From the IMG/VR virus record IMGVR_UViG_3300027686_001029: a stretch of 64,000 nt of DNA, one strand, 5' to 3'. The stretch is from a virus. The notes beneath the pieces are model-generated. The model was not told where the DNA came from and ran no database searches. It was given only the letters and a program-made list of their open reading frames with translations. A program made the translations under genes and the position numbers. Positions 46,127-55,087 of the stretch are shown here, in pieces; positions within the stretch are counted from its first letter, which is position 1; each line of letters begins with the position of its first letter.

Positions 46127-46784
46127 TGTATTGATTTAAAATTGATAAATGTATATGTTTATGTGCTTGTTCGTCAGGATGTAAATCTTCCCTATCTACA
46201 CCTCTTCCGGAATGCATTAAGCCTGTTTTATTTTCTCTATTGTAATCTTTTATAGATAAGTTACCGAATATTTTTACAGTATGTTCATCAATATACTTTT
46301 TAAAGCTATCATCTAAATGTAAAAACAAGTACTTAGTAACCATAGAAGACAGAAGATTATTAGGACAATTATAATTATAAAAGTCACTATCAGAGCCCCA
46401 CTTATTAATATAATCTATTAGAGTTAATAATTTGTCAGGATTAGGATACTTATCTCTACCGCCACCATGTTTATCAAATACCTCTAATGTTTCCTCAAGA
46501 GTAGATGCTAGTCCGGCTGAAGAATAATATTTATCATCATCTCCTATTCTATATCCTTTTCTCACTCCTGCTGTAAATTGGTATATAACTAAGTCATCCT
46601 CTGTAAAATTAGGAGCATCTTGTTGTAGCCTATGAAAGGTTTCTCTATGATCTATAGCAATTTCAGCTCTATTAACTAATTCTTTTTCAAACCAATTCGC
46701 AGTAAGTTGCATCCAACTTTCATGTTCTTCTATAAAGAAAGGAATACTAAACGAACAACCGTATACATATAACTTACCCAACAC
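46089..46784 (-). CDS. SGNH/GDSL-like hydrolase
   Basis: GCSFS block I; DLHPD DxxH. Confidence 0.7.
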   Translation of the reverse strand: MLGKLYVYGCSFSIPFFIEEHESWMQLTANWFEKELVNRAEIAIDHRETFHRLQQDAPNFTEDDLVIYQFTAGVRKGYRIGDDDKYYSSAGLASTLEETLEVFDKHGGGRDKYPNPDKLLTLIDYINKWGSDSDFYNYNCPNNLLSSMVTKYLFLHLDDSFKKYIDEHTVKIFGNLSIKDYNRENKTGLMHSGRGVDREDLHPDEQAHKHIHLSILNQYNGIYKNFLGRPL

Positions 46785-47487
46785 TTTGTATATTAAAATT
46801 AATAACTGCTCTTTGTGTTTTACCGTAAAATGGTTTAACTGAATGAACTATGTCGTAAGGCCATAATATAAGCATACCTTTTTTAGGTCTAATAAAATGG
46901 AGTTGTCCTCTGATATGAAAAGCAAAAGCTCCAGAGTAAGGATGATCCTTAATAGGTTCTCCATCTGCTAGATAATATCCTCCGGAAAACATAAGAGGTT
47001 TTTCTTCTCCTCTTTGCCATCTACAATGGTTGTGAGCATTATGTCCTCTGCCTGAATATGGTTCGTAATATTGAAGCCAGCTCTCTGTTATTTTAGATTC
47101 ATATATAGGTTTATTGATAGACTCTGCTAATATACTGAAGCCTTCTGTAATTCTGTTATTGATATTAGTAACTAGTGGATTATCTATTTCTAGGAAATCA
47201 TTAGGAGGAGTATAAAACCTACTTCCAATAGGGATATCCTCATCTTCTTCTACCCATGTTTCTTTATAGTCAGAAGGTAGTTCATACCATTTCTGTCTAT
47301 TTTCATCATATTGATCAGGAAGCTCTTGACCCATTTGTTTCTGCTCAGGAGATAAATGTTTTAATCCTAATCTAAACACAGCGTCTTGAAAGTCGTCATC
47401 TTCAAATTGCTTACAGTATACGGGTATAGGTGCTAGGTGAAATATGTTCTCCTCTGAAGTTTTATGAAGGGGTTTATCAAAGTACAT
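46774..47487 (-). CDS. Fe(II)/2OG oxygenase (TIGR02466-like)
   Basis: ESW, HNAH, FSGGYY, WPYDIVHSV, RAVINFN. Confidence 0.8.
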   Translation of the reverse strand: MYFDKPLHKTSEENIFHLAPIPVYCKQFEDDDFQDAVFRLGLKHLSPEQKQMGQELPDQYDENRQKWYELPSDYKETWVEEDEDIPIGSRFYTPPNDFLEIDNPLVTNINNRITEGFSILAESINKPIYESKITESWLQYYEPYSGRGHNAHNHCRWQRGEEKPLMFSGGYYLADGEPIKDHPYSGAFAFHIRGQLHFIRPKKGMLILWPYDIVHSVKPFYGKTQRAVINFNIQSVG

Positions 47488-47886
47488 TTAAATTGAATTA
47501 GAGATTAAATTCTTAAACTTTGTAGTAGACCATCCGTGGCTTCTATCTAAATAATGGACAGGTATTTTTAAAACGTCTCCAGTATAAGGCTTATCTATAT
47601 AGTCATCTCCTAAGAATCTAATATCAAATTCTCCAATCTTCAATAGATCTAGTAACGTTTCTTCATAAGTATAGCTAAATACATCATCTATATACCTATT
47701 GCTGTGAAGCATTTCTTTTCTATCTTCTAGAGATAGTATAGGTTTAAGCTTATTTGGTCTCTCTATTGAAGGGTCCGTGTGAAGTAGAACAATAAGACAG
47801 TCGCAATGTAGTTTTGCTTCTTTAAACATCGCAATATAACCAGGATGCATAACATCAAAGTTACCTGCTATAACTCCTTTTTTCAT
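47488..47886 (-). CDS. Cytidylyltransferase (TagD-like)
   Basis: GNFDVMHPGY, GDDY, RSHGWSTT. Confidence 0.85.
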   Translation of the reverse strand: MKKGVIAGNFDVMHPGYIAMFKEAKLHCDCLIVLLHTDPSIERPNKLKPILSLEDRKEMLHSNRYIDDVFSYTYEETLLDLLKIGEFDIRFLGDDYIDKPYTGDVLKIPVHYLDRSHGWSTTKFKNLISNSI

Positions 47887-48029
47887 AACGCGTATACTTT
47901 TTCATAACATGATTGACATAACTGTCCAGCTGCTGCTACATAAAAACTTCTATTAAAAATATTATCTGCAAACTTATAGGGAGTATTCTCCCCACAGTTC
48001 ACACATTTTTCTATTGAATCTGGTATCAT
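47883..48029 (-). CDS. 48-aa Cys4 zinc-binding peptide
   Basis: CVNC...GQLCQSC; manual translation. Confidence 0.65.
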   Translation of the reverse strand: MIPDSIEKCVNCGENTPYKFADNIFNRSFYVAAAGQLCQSCYEKVYAL

Positions 48030-48850
48030 ATTAAATTTGTTGCTAGCTTAAATAATTCTTTATTAACTTTCATATCCTTTTCAAAAGATTTAATCTTACG
48101 AACTTTTCTAACTTTAGCTCCAGTTAAGGCAGCATGAAAGTCTCCTTGAGTGATCTTTTCTTGAATTACGTTAAAAGTTCTCCATAGATCATCTCCTCTA
48201 TCTTCTGAACGTTTAGGTTCTAAGATTTCATCTATAGTTTCTTCATCATAGTTTAAAGTCTTAACTCCTGCTCTAATTAACATAGCATCTAAAGCTAATT
48301 GTCTTTTCTCATCAGTAGAAAGTATTCTTGACTTCATATTATTAAGTACTTCTACTTTGTTAGGTAGATCTTTTACTGCCTCTACCACAACGTTCCTAAG
48401 CTCTCCAAAGGTATAACCTTTATGCTTTATTTTGAATGAAGAAAACTTTTCATCAGCGACAACTAATCCATTAGAACAAACCATTCTAAATATACCAACT
48501 GAAAATTGAAATGATTGCATGCCATCGTGAGAGTTAGTCATAATAATTCTAGGATAAGCATCATCGCCATCTTTAGAAGTAATTTTGATATCTGGATTTT
48601 GAAATGAAATCATATGTTTAGAGAAAATAGTAGATTTCCCTTTACTTTTTCTCTGAGCAGAAGTAACTGGGAACCAGTTTAACTTTGCTAAGTCATCAAT
48701 TATTGTTTCTGAATTAACAAAAAGATACTTATCACTAACATCTGGGTTAGTAGGAGCATCTGCAAACACTAATGGAGTTGACTTTCTAATTTGATCTTTT
48801 GTGAGGTAAGAATCTAAACCTTTACCGAAACTTGATATTACATCTGACAT
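48026..48850 (-). CDS. DUF932 family protein
   Basis: IMTNSHDG, FRMVCSNGLV, DLWRTFNVIQE. Confidence 0.9.
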   Translation of the reverse strand: MSDVISSFGKGLDSYLTKDQIRKSTPLVFADAPTNPDVSDKYLFVNSETIIDDLAKLNWFPVTSAQRKSKGKSTIFSKHMISFQNPDIKITSKDGDDAYPRIIMTNSHDGMQSFQFSVGIFRMVCSNGLVVADEKFSSFKIKHKGYTFGELRNVVVEAVKDLPNKVEVLNNMKSRILSTDEKRQLALDAMLIRAGVKTLNYDEETIDEILEPKRSEDRGDDLWRTFNVIQEKITQGDFHAALTGAKVRKVRKIKSFEKDMKVNKELFKLATNLI

Positions 48851-48875
48851 AATTATAACCTTTTTAAATTAATAT

Positions 48876-48912
48876 ACTATAAATATAAGGAGAATAACTC
48901 GGGTAGGCAACT
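48876..48912 (-). promoter_or_regulatory. Early promoter cassette
   Basis: AGTTGCCTACCCGAGTTAT...CTTATATTTATAGTA. Confidence 0.8.
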
Positions 48913-48918
48913 ACTTAC

Positions 48919-49290
48919 TTAGTTATTTCCTAAAATATTTTTAAGTTTTTGTGCTTTTTCTACAGCAGTATCAGGATGTAAATCTGGGTCAACTATCTTT
49001 TCTAGTTTAAGCCCTTCAATTTTCTTATTAGGAATATACCTCCATGTGTATCCCATTTCTCCATATACACCGAATACACTTTGAGTCCATCCAATACTAA
49101 TAATCATTGCTTGCTTGCCGTCTAATAGTACTTTATCTCCTTCATTAAAATGTTTATTTGTTCTGAACTTCATGCCTTCCATTAATGAAGCTACTAAATC
49201 TTTTACCCACATTATTACGAGTATAGATAAAGCAATTTCGATAAACTCGACATAAAAATTAGACAACTCTACTTTAGGTAAATTTTGCAT
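48919..49290 (-). CDS. Minimal MscS-like membrane protein
   Basis: TM helix then FNEGDKVLLDG...IISIGW...YIPN. Confidence 0.6.
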   Translation of the reverse strand: MQNLPKVELSNFYVEFIEIALSILVIMWVKDLVASLMEGMKFRTNKHFNEGDKVLLDGKQAMIISIGWTQSVFGVYGEMGYTWRYIPNKKIEGLKLEKIVDPDLHPDTAVEKAQKLKNILGNN

Positions 49291-49348
49291 CTGTTATTAT
49301 TTTTAAGGTTAAGTAATGCTACCTTTAAACAGAACATATTTTTGTTAC

Positions 49349-50251
49349 TTATAAATAGTTAAATTTATTCAATTCCCTAATAAAATGTTTAGCTATTGAT
49401 TCTTGATAAACATTGCCTTTATGTGCTAAGTCCATCGCTAAGCCAAGTTCTGAGTCTGCAGGTAGTTTAATATTAGTATTATCGCGACTTTGGAAGGTAT
49501 ACGGATTATACTCATATACTAAGTTGATATTATTTTTCTCACAAATACTTTTAATGCCGTCTAATGCTAGGTTTAAAGTTACTGCTTTATAAGCTGCAGA
49601 GCAAATATTTTCGGTAATGAGCTTAAAAATAGAATCTTGTGTTTGTTTATCTAACTTAGTGTTGGGGGGAGTAAGTACTGTTTTGTCACCGATTGATATA
49701 TGACGTTGTCCAAAAGAATCATAACTAAATAATTCTAACCTACTAAGACCAGGAATAAGTAAGCAAACTGTTTTAGATTTTATATCTGGGAGCCATCTTT
49801 TTAAAAGTCTGTAGCAGCCTATGATAGTTCCTCCGTTGATACCTAGATTGTAACATCTTTTATCAAAATTCTTACTAACTATTCTAGCCCAAGTATTCTT
49901 TTCGTGAGAATAGTGACCGTAAGTATCACTACATCCTAAAAATATGATACCTTCTTGATCTATCCATTCATCAGTTCTAAATCCGTACTTATTTTGATTG
50001 TAGATAGGGTAGTTCCATTTAATTTCTTCACTATCATTTTCAGTTATAAATCCATTTTCTATCCAACTATCTATACTCCCGGGTAAATCTAGTTTAGAAA
50101 ATACATCTTCTTGTAATTCACCACTATAAGTTTCTATCTTAGAAGTAGCTTTATTTATTCTTCCGTAAAACTCTTTTCCGTTAACGAAATCTAAATTAGA
50201 TAATTCTTCTTTTTCCTGCTTTGATAAGTAAGGAAGTTCCCAATTCACCAT
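49349..50251 (-). CDS. SGNH/GDSL-like hydrolase
   Basis: FLGCSDTYG, NLGING, DLAH. Confidence 0.75.
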   Translation of the reverse strand: MVNWELPYLSKQEKEELSNLDFVNGKEFYGRINKATSKIETYSGELQEDVFSKLDLPGSIDSWIENGFITENDSEEIKWNYPIYNQNKYGFRTDEWIDQEGIIFLGCSDTYGHYSHEKNTWARIVSKNFDKRCYNLGINGGTIIGCYRLLKRWLPDIKSKTVCLLIPGLSRLELFSYDSFGQRHISIGDKTVLTPPNTKLDKQTQDSIFKLITENICSAAYKAVTLNLALDGIKSICEKNNINLVYEYNPYTFQSRDNTNIKLPADSELGLAMDLAHKGNVYQESIAKHFIRELNKFNYL

Positions 50252-50541
50252 AGTTTAGCTGCTTCAAGTAATTTCCAGGCATCAATAGCTTTATCTCCTT
50301 CTTCAAGTTCATGATAATGGTTTAAACAGGATTCTAATGAGTCTACCCATTGACTCTGTGGAAGGCTCATTTCAAATGCTCTTTCAGTATCAGCAAAACT
50401 TAGTTCAAAAAGCATAGCTGTTTTATCTCCTTTCTTCATAGCCTCTTCTATTCCGTCGTATATAGTATCAGTAACAGCTAGACTCTTGTTCTTAAATAAA
50501 GTTTCAAATTCTTCTGTTGTATTAAAATGTAATTTAACCAT
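50245..50541 (-). CDS. Hypothetical protein
   Basis: ORF track. Confidence 0.75.
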   Translation of the reverse strand: MVKLHFNTTEEFETLFKNKSLAVTDTIYDGIEEAMKKGDKTAMLFELSFADTERAFEMSLPQSQWVDSLESCLNHYHELEEGDKAIDAWKLLEAAKLW

Positions 50542-50543
50542 AT

Positions 50544-50864
50544 CTATACTCCTCTTTTTTCTGAGATATTTCTAGCTCTTTCCCACTGTTTGTTTTTCTC
50601 TAATGAGCCTGTATCGGAATAAGCTACTACATTATTAGTCCCCCAACTATATACTGGGCCGAAGTATTCATAAGTCATCATAGGTACATCTACATTTCCT
50701 AACTCAGTATATTGAGGTTGAGTTATTCTACGTGGTCCATTAAATGCTCTAAAGTCTTTTGAAATAACTCGAACCCATCTATCGTTTTTAAATATCTCTA
50801 ATGCTCCTGCATAATTATATTCATTGATTAAATTCTGCGCTTCTAGTCCTCCTTTTTCTGCCAT
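50544..50864 (-). CDS. Hypothetical early protein
   Basis: Own promoter and leader. Confidence 0.75.
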   Translation of the reverse strand: MAEKGGLEAQNLINEYNYAGALEIFKNDRWVRVISKDFRAFNGPRRITQPQYTELGNVDVPMMTYEYFGPVYSWGTNNVVAYSDTGSLEKNKQWERARNISEKRGV

Positions 50865-50884
50865 AACCTTTATTTTTTTATTTA

Positions 50885-50921
50885 TACTTAAATATAAGAA
50901 ATATATCTCAGTTACGCAACT
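50885..50921 (-). promoter_or_regulatory. Early promoter cassette
   Basis: AGTTGCGTAACTGAG...CTTATATTTAAGTA. Confidence 0.8.
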
Positions 50922-51699
50922 ATTTAAATAAGTTTAAATGTTGATTTTTTTTCATAACTTGTATGAATATATCTTTAATAGTATTATGAGCTAAACCATC
51001 TAGATGAAAACCATTGTATTTTCTTTTAAGTATATCACCTGGAACGTATGAGTATAAAGAGTTTTCAAATAGAAGGCTTTCTTTTATATGGTGTAAGAGA
51101 GGATTAAGTCTATCATCATATAATTCTTTAGGCCAATCTTCTAAGTGAAAATAATAAAAGTTTCCTCCTCTATCTTCTACATATTGCCTAATTCTAGATA
51201 TAGTTAAAGCATAGTTCCAAATAGTAATATTCTCTAAATTGTCTTGACCGGGTACTGCTCTATACATTATATCGTTTTTGGCATCAGGCAATGCTAATAT
51301 AACTGCAGTATCTTCGAGATCATGTAAATCAAAATCTTCGTATACGATTCCGGAAATGAGATTAAAAGATAGAGTAAAGAGACTCTGGCCGTTTAATTTT
51401 GGTACTAGTACTTCTACAGTATCTTTATAATTATTCTCTACTAACTTAGGCCAGTTCTTACCTTCTCTGAACTCTACAACTTCAGGTAAGTCTTTTGCAA
51501 ATCCATATAGATCACAAATTCTTTTATACTCCTTCTGTATTACTTCAAAGTTAAACTCTGTTTTTTTCATAAATGCCTCCCAATTAGCTGGAAGTAGTTC
51601 TTTTGGAACAAATTTACAATCTATTGCTAATCTTGGCCATTCTGCTCCTACACCTTGGAGAGTATCTGTACCGAAAAATATTACTCTTTTCTTATCCAT
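50920..51699 (-). CDS. Divergent SGNH-like protein
   Basis: FFGTDTLQG block I without Ser; C-terminal FHLDGLAH. Confidence 0.45.
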   Translation of the reverse strand: MDKKRVIFFGTDTLQGVGAEWPRLAIDCKFVPKELLPANWEAFMKKTEFNFEVIQKEYKRICDLYGFAKDLPEVVEFREGKNWPKLVENNYKDTVEVLVPKLNGQSLFTLSFNLISGIVYEDFDLHDLEDTAVILALPDAKNDIMYRAVPGQDNLENITIWNYALTISRIRQYVEDRGGNFYYFHLEDWPKELYDDRLNPLLHHIKESLLFENSLYSYVPGDILKRKYNGFHLDGLAHNTIKDIFIQVMKKNQHLNLFK

Positions 51700-51711
51700 A
51701 ACTTAATAATT

Positions 51712-52293
51712 TTATACTTGGTAACCTGAAAATTTTACTATGTAAGATACAATACTTGTACCTAATCCATCTTTAAACTCTTTGCCTGAACGTAACCATT
51801 TACGAACATTACCAGGCCCAGCTAAATGTGCTGCTGCTAGTAATCCAGATTCAGTAACATATATACCGTGTACTGTTTTGCCTTCGTACTTTTTAATCAG
51901 TCTTTTTAAAACTCTTTTATTGTGTCTTAATAAAGCAGACATTGCTTGTTCTTGTAATCTAGGGCTGTTTAAAAATTCTTTGTTAGTAATGTCTTCGAAT
52001 CCTAATCCATCTAACGTCTTTCTACCAAATTGATACTTCCCCATATAACCAAATTTGTTTACTATTTCGTATCTATTTGAAGATTCTCTCTTTCCTACTT
52101 CATGAAGGAATGAGCTATAGCTTTTACTAGCTAGTTTTACTTCTACTTTTTCTATTGAGGGAACGATTAAGGCCAAAGGCCTGGGAGGTTCCATATCAAT
52201 TGGTGTTGCCTCTTTGATTGCTGCAAAAGTACCAAATGCTAGTACTAAAGAAGAAGCCAATGAAACCATAACAGTTAAAGTCAATTTTTTCAT
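51712..52293 (-). CDS. Lysozyme-like/lytic transglycosylase endolysin with N-terminal signal/anchor
   Basis: RESSNRY, GYMGKYQFG, AAAHLAGPG. Confidence 0.8.
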   Translation of the reverse strand: MKKLTLTVMVSLASSLVLAFGTFAAIKEATPIDMEPPRPLALIVPSIEKVEVKLASKSYSSFLHEVGKRESSNRYEIVNKFGYMGKYQFGRKTLDGLGFEDITNKEFLNSPRLQEQAMSALLRHNKRVLKRLIKKYEGKTVHGIYVTESGLLAAAHLAGPGNVRKWLRSGKEFKDGLGTSIVSYIVKFSGYQV

Positions 52294-52303
52294 ATATAAG
52301 TTT

Positions 52304-52456
52304 TTAGTTGAAGAGATCGAGGAAGCTTGTTCCTATCTCCTTGTCTCGTAACTTTTCATTACGTTCAGAGAGCCGAACTAAGTCATCGGCTACTCTTCTT
52401 TCGAGGGGTTTATGCTTTTTAAAAGTTGAAAGCTTATTAGTTTTCTTCTTAGACAT
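52304..52456 (-). CDS. 50-aa basic protein
   Basis: Manual translation; TATTTATA 3 nt upstream of ATG. Confidence 0.6.
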   Translation of the reverse strand: MSKKKTNKLSTFKKHKPLERRVADDLVRLSERNEKLRDKEIGTSFLDLFN

Positions 52457-52470
52457 GTATATAAATAGTT

Positions 52471-53100
52471 CTAAATTCTAGAGATATATTCTTCCCCTGG
52501 TTTTTCATCGTCGTACAGTCCTAAGTCCTTAAGGTGATCAATATGTGCTTGATCCATCTCCCAATCAGGTTCATCATCACGTGTTTTGACGTAGTCTTCC
52601 ATTGCCTCTGCACGTTTCTCCTCTATTGGAGATGCTGCATACAGAAAAGAGCAATTGTAACAGAGAAACTCTAAGTTTTTTAAATGGTAATTTTTTTTAT
52701 TTCCATCTTTAAAATTTAAAATTACAGGTACTTTTGTATCTGTAACACGTCTCTCCGAAAATCCACAATTAGCACAGACCTCTTCTATTAAACCTTCGAA
52801 TATTAATCTCTGTTTAATTTTACTAGCGTCAAAATGTTCAACTGGGATTCTACCTTCTATAAGGTCCATAAGGGGCGGTTCAGTTCCTCCATTTGATAAG
52901 AATTTAGGAATACCCTTACCCTCTTGGTTCATATGAGCTTCTAATAATGTTATACCATCATCATTTTTATACATCTTAGCATACTTCTTATAATGGTTAT
53001 AAGATACACGAAGATATCTAGCAGCAGACATATTAGAACGAGTCTGTGATTGTGCTGCTACTATTGATTCTTTGGATAATATTTTAGAAGGTCTAGCCAT
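52471..53100 (-). CDS. HTH + degenerate HNH protein
   Basis: N-terminal HTH-like; CANC...NFKDGNKKN...NLEFLCYNC. Confidence 0.7.
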   Translation of the reverse strand: MARPSKILSKESIVAAQSQTRSNMSAARYLRVSYNHYKKYAKMYKNDDGITLLEAHMNQEGKGIPKFLSNGGTEPPLMDLIEGRIPVEHFDASKIKQRLIFEGLIEEVCANCGFSERRVTDTKVPVILNFKDGNKKNYHLKNLEFLCYNCSFLYAASPIEEKRAEAMEDYVKTRDDEPDWEMDQAHIDHLKDLGLYDDEKPGEEYISRI

Positions 53101-53478
53101 TTAGTAATCTATTCCTTTAATTCTAAGGGTATCATTATCGGCTTCATCATCAACAACTTCATCATTAAATACATTATTGACAGATTCTTTTACTGATTGT
53201 GATACTTCGTTTTCGTCTACATCTAAATTAAGGAGTTCTAGCTGTGCTGTTTTATTTCCAGTTTGGTGAGCTTCTGCTGTTGCGATTGCTCTATACTTAT
53301 CTTGGGACATTATGATAATATCGTTATAGGTATGATCTCCTGTACCTTCAACAGTAGTTACACCTACTACACCTTTAACAGTAGAACAGTTAACACATAC
53401 GTGGTAGCCTAATTCTTTTCTCTTTTCCGGGAAATCTTTGCCACATTTAGGACAGGGAAGCATTTTTAATTCTTGCAT
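53101..53478 (-). CDS. TraR/DksA-like C4 zinc-finger protein with acidic tail
   Basis: CPKC...EKRKELGYHVCVNC. Confidence 0.6.
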   Translation of the reverse strand: MQELKMLPCPKCGKDFPEKRKELGYHVCVNCSTVKGVVGVTTVEGTGDHTYNDIIIMSQDKYRAIATAEAHQTGNKTAQLELLNLDVDENEVSQSVKESVNNVFNDEVVDDEADNDTLRIKGIDY

Positions 53479-53504
53479 AGTTATAACCGTTTTTATATTA
53501 GATA

Positions 53505-53537
53505 TAAAGATAAGAAGATCTTATCAGAAAACCAACT
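53505..53537 (-). promoter_or_regulatory. Early promoter
   Basis: AGTTGG...TTCTTATCTTTA. Confidence 0.7.
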
Positions 53538-53547
53538 AATTTTTAAA

Positions 53548-53877
53548 TTAAAGTGAAAAACTTTCTCCGCATCCACAAGATCGAGATGCATTTGGGTTTG
53601 ACCAATGAAATCCTTTTCCATTAAGTCCGGAAGAGTATTCTAAAGTAGTTCCTATAAGGTAGAGTAAACTCTTTTTATCTATGAGAAGGTTAATCCCGTT
53701 AGATTCAACTACTTTATCTCCTTCAGATGACTTATCATCAAAATCTAATATGTAAGATAGACCAGAACAGCCTCCAGATTTTACTCCAACTCTAACGTAA
53801 TTATCTTTAGGAACTTTATTCTCTTCTAAGAATATACTTTGAAGTTGATTAGCTGCTGTATCACTAACATTAACCAT
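53548..53877 (-). CDS. iscA: A-type Fe-S carrier (IscA/SufA/HesB)
   Basis: GVKSGGCSGLSY and NPNASRSCGCGESF. Confidence 0.95.
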   Translation of the reverse strand: MVNVSDTAANQLQSIFLEENKVPKDNYVRVGVKSGGCSGLSYILDFDDKSSEGDKVVESNGINLLIDKKSLLYLIGTTLEYSSGLNGKGFHWSNPNASRSCGCGESFSL

Positions 53878-53879
53878 AT

Positions 53880-54068
53880 CTATAGTCCTAAGTTGGTTTT
53901 TACTGAATTTGCATTTTCTTCTGTGATAAACTCTAAATTGTATACTGGAATACTAATAGCATTTCCAAGAAAAATGATAGTAAGCTGTGTAAGCTCTGTG
54001 TTAGTTTGTAAACTTACTCTGCTATCTTTAATACTCTCTTTAAAATCTGATATATTAATGTTTGCCAT
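53880..54068 (-). CDS. Hypothetical protein
   Basis: ORF track. Confidence 0.6.
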   Translation of the reverse strand: MANINISDFKESIKDSRVSLQTNTELTQLTIIFLGNAISIPVYNLEFITEENANSVKTNLGL

Positions 54069-54077
54069 AGTAGGTAT

Positions 54078-54482
54078 TTATTTAAATTTATTGATAACGT
54101 TCCAGACCTGTGTGGGAGTTTTAAATGATAAAGTCTCTTCAGTCCCGTTAGAAACCTCTACTGTTATTTTACCGTCCCATTCTTTATCCGGAGCTAATTG
54201 GTAAAGGTACATTTGTATTAATTCTAATTGCTCAGTATTAAAAACTATTTTAAATAGATTTTCTATTACTGCAAAAAAATCATCTTCATAAGCTGTCATG
54301 TCCATGCCAATCTCAGTCGTAATAAAATCTCTTCTATCTTCTATTTTACGGAGCTGTTGTATAACTTCTATGAATGCTTTCTTATCCATATGCTTCTTAT
54401 CTACTTTCACTTCTTTAATCCTATACGATAACTTATGTATAGAAAAAAGAACTTGTCTAATTCGTTTTTTTGGGTCAATCAT
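54078..54482 (-). CDS. Hypothetical protein
   Basis: ORF track. Confidence 0.7.
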   Translation of the reverse strand: MIDPKKRIRQVLFSIHKLSYRIKEVKVDKKHMDKKAFIEVIQQLRKIEDRRDFITTEIGMDMTAYEDDFFAVIENLFKIVFNTEQLELIQMYLYQLAPDKEWDGKITVEVSNGTEETLSFKTPTQVWNVINKFK

Positions 54483-54517
54483 ATATTGTAAATTACGTTA
54501 ACCTTAATAAGGTAATA

Positions 54518-54901
54518 CTAAACAGCCGATACGTCTGAATCGTCGACTTCTTTTTCTACCGTAGGGCTTTCACCTGATAGTGCTTTGCGGATAATTTTAT
54601 CAAAGTACTCTATATAAATAAAGAACCCTATAATGCTCTTATCTTTAAGGTTTCTATCACGTTCTACTCTTAATTCGTATTCCGATAGTCCAGATTCTAA
54701 TCTACCTTCAAGTTCTATTGCAATATCATTTTGCTCTGTAGGAGATATTGATCCGAATTCTGTAGGAATAAATTGAACTTTAACTCCTTTCTTCTGAGGA
54801 TCTTCGTTAGTATCTACTTTAAGCATAAACTGATGTCCTGCAAAATTAATCTTTGCTGCTTCGTTTATTACCTTTTTTACAAATGTTTGTATGTTTTTCA
54901 T
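54518..54901 (-). CDS. Hypothetical late protein with MKNIQTFVKKVINE tag
   Basis: TATTTATT 3 nt upstream of ATG. Confidence 0.75.
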   Translation of the reverse strand: MKNIQTFVKKVINEAAKINFAGHQFMLKVDTNEDPQKKGVKVQFIPTEFGSISPTEQNDIAIELEGRLESGLSEYELRVERDRNLKDKSIIGFFIYIEYFDKIIRKALSGESPTVEKEVDDSDVSAV

Positions 54902-54913
54902 ATTAATAAATAG

Positions 54914-55087
54914 TTATCCAAATAGCATTTGCTTGTTATTTGATTTTTCTTCTTTGATTATTTGATGACTAGCTATCGCTCTATTTCTTTTGTACTGTTC
55001 TATAGACCAATCTATCCTGTCTGTTCTTAATGTAACTTCTTCTACTGATCCATCTACATGAGTGAATTCTATTAAATATTTTTTCAT
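54914..55087 (-). CDS. 57-aa hypothetical protein
   Basis: Manual translation fills gap. Confidence 0.6.
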   Translation of the reverse strand: MKKYLIEFTHVDGSVEEVTLRTDRIDWSIEQYKRNRAIASHQIIKEEKSNNKQMLFG

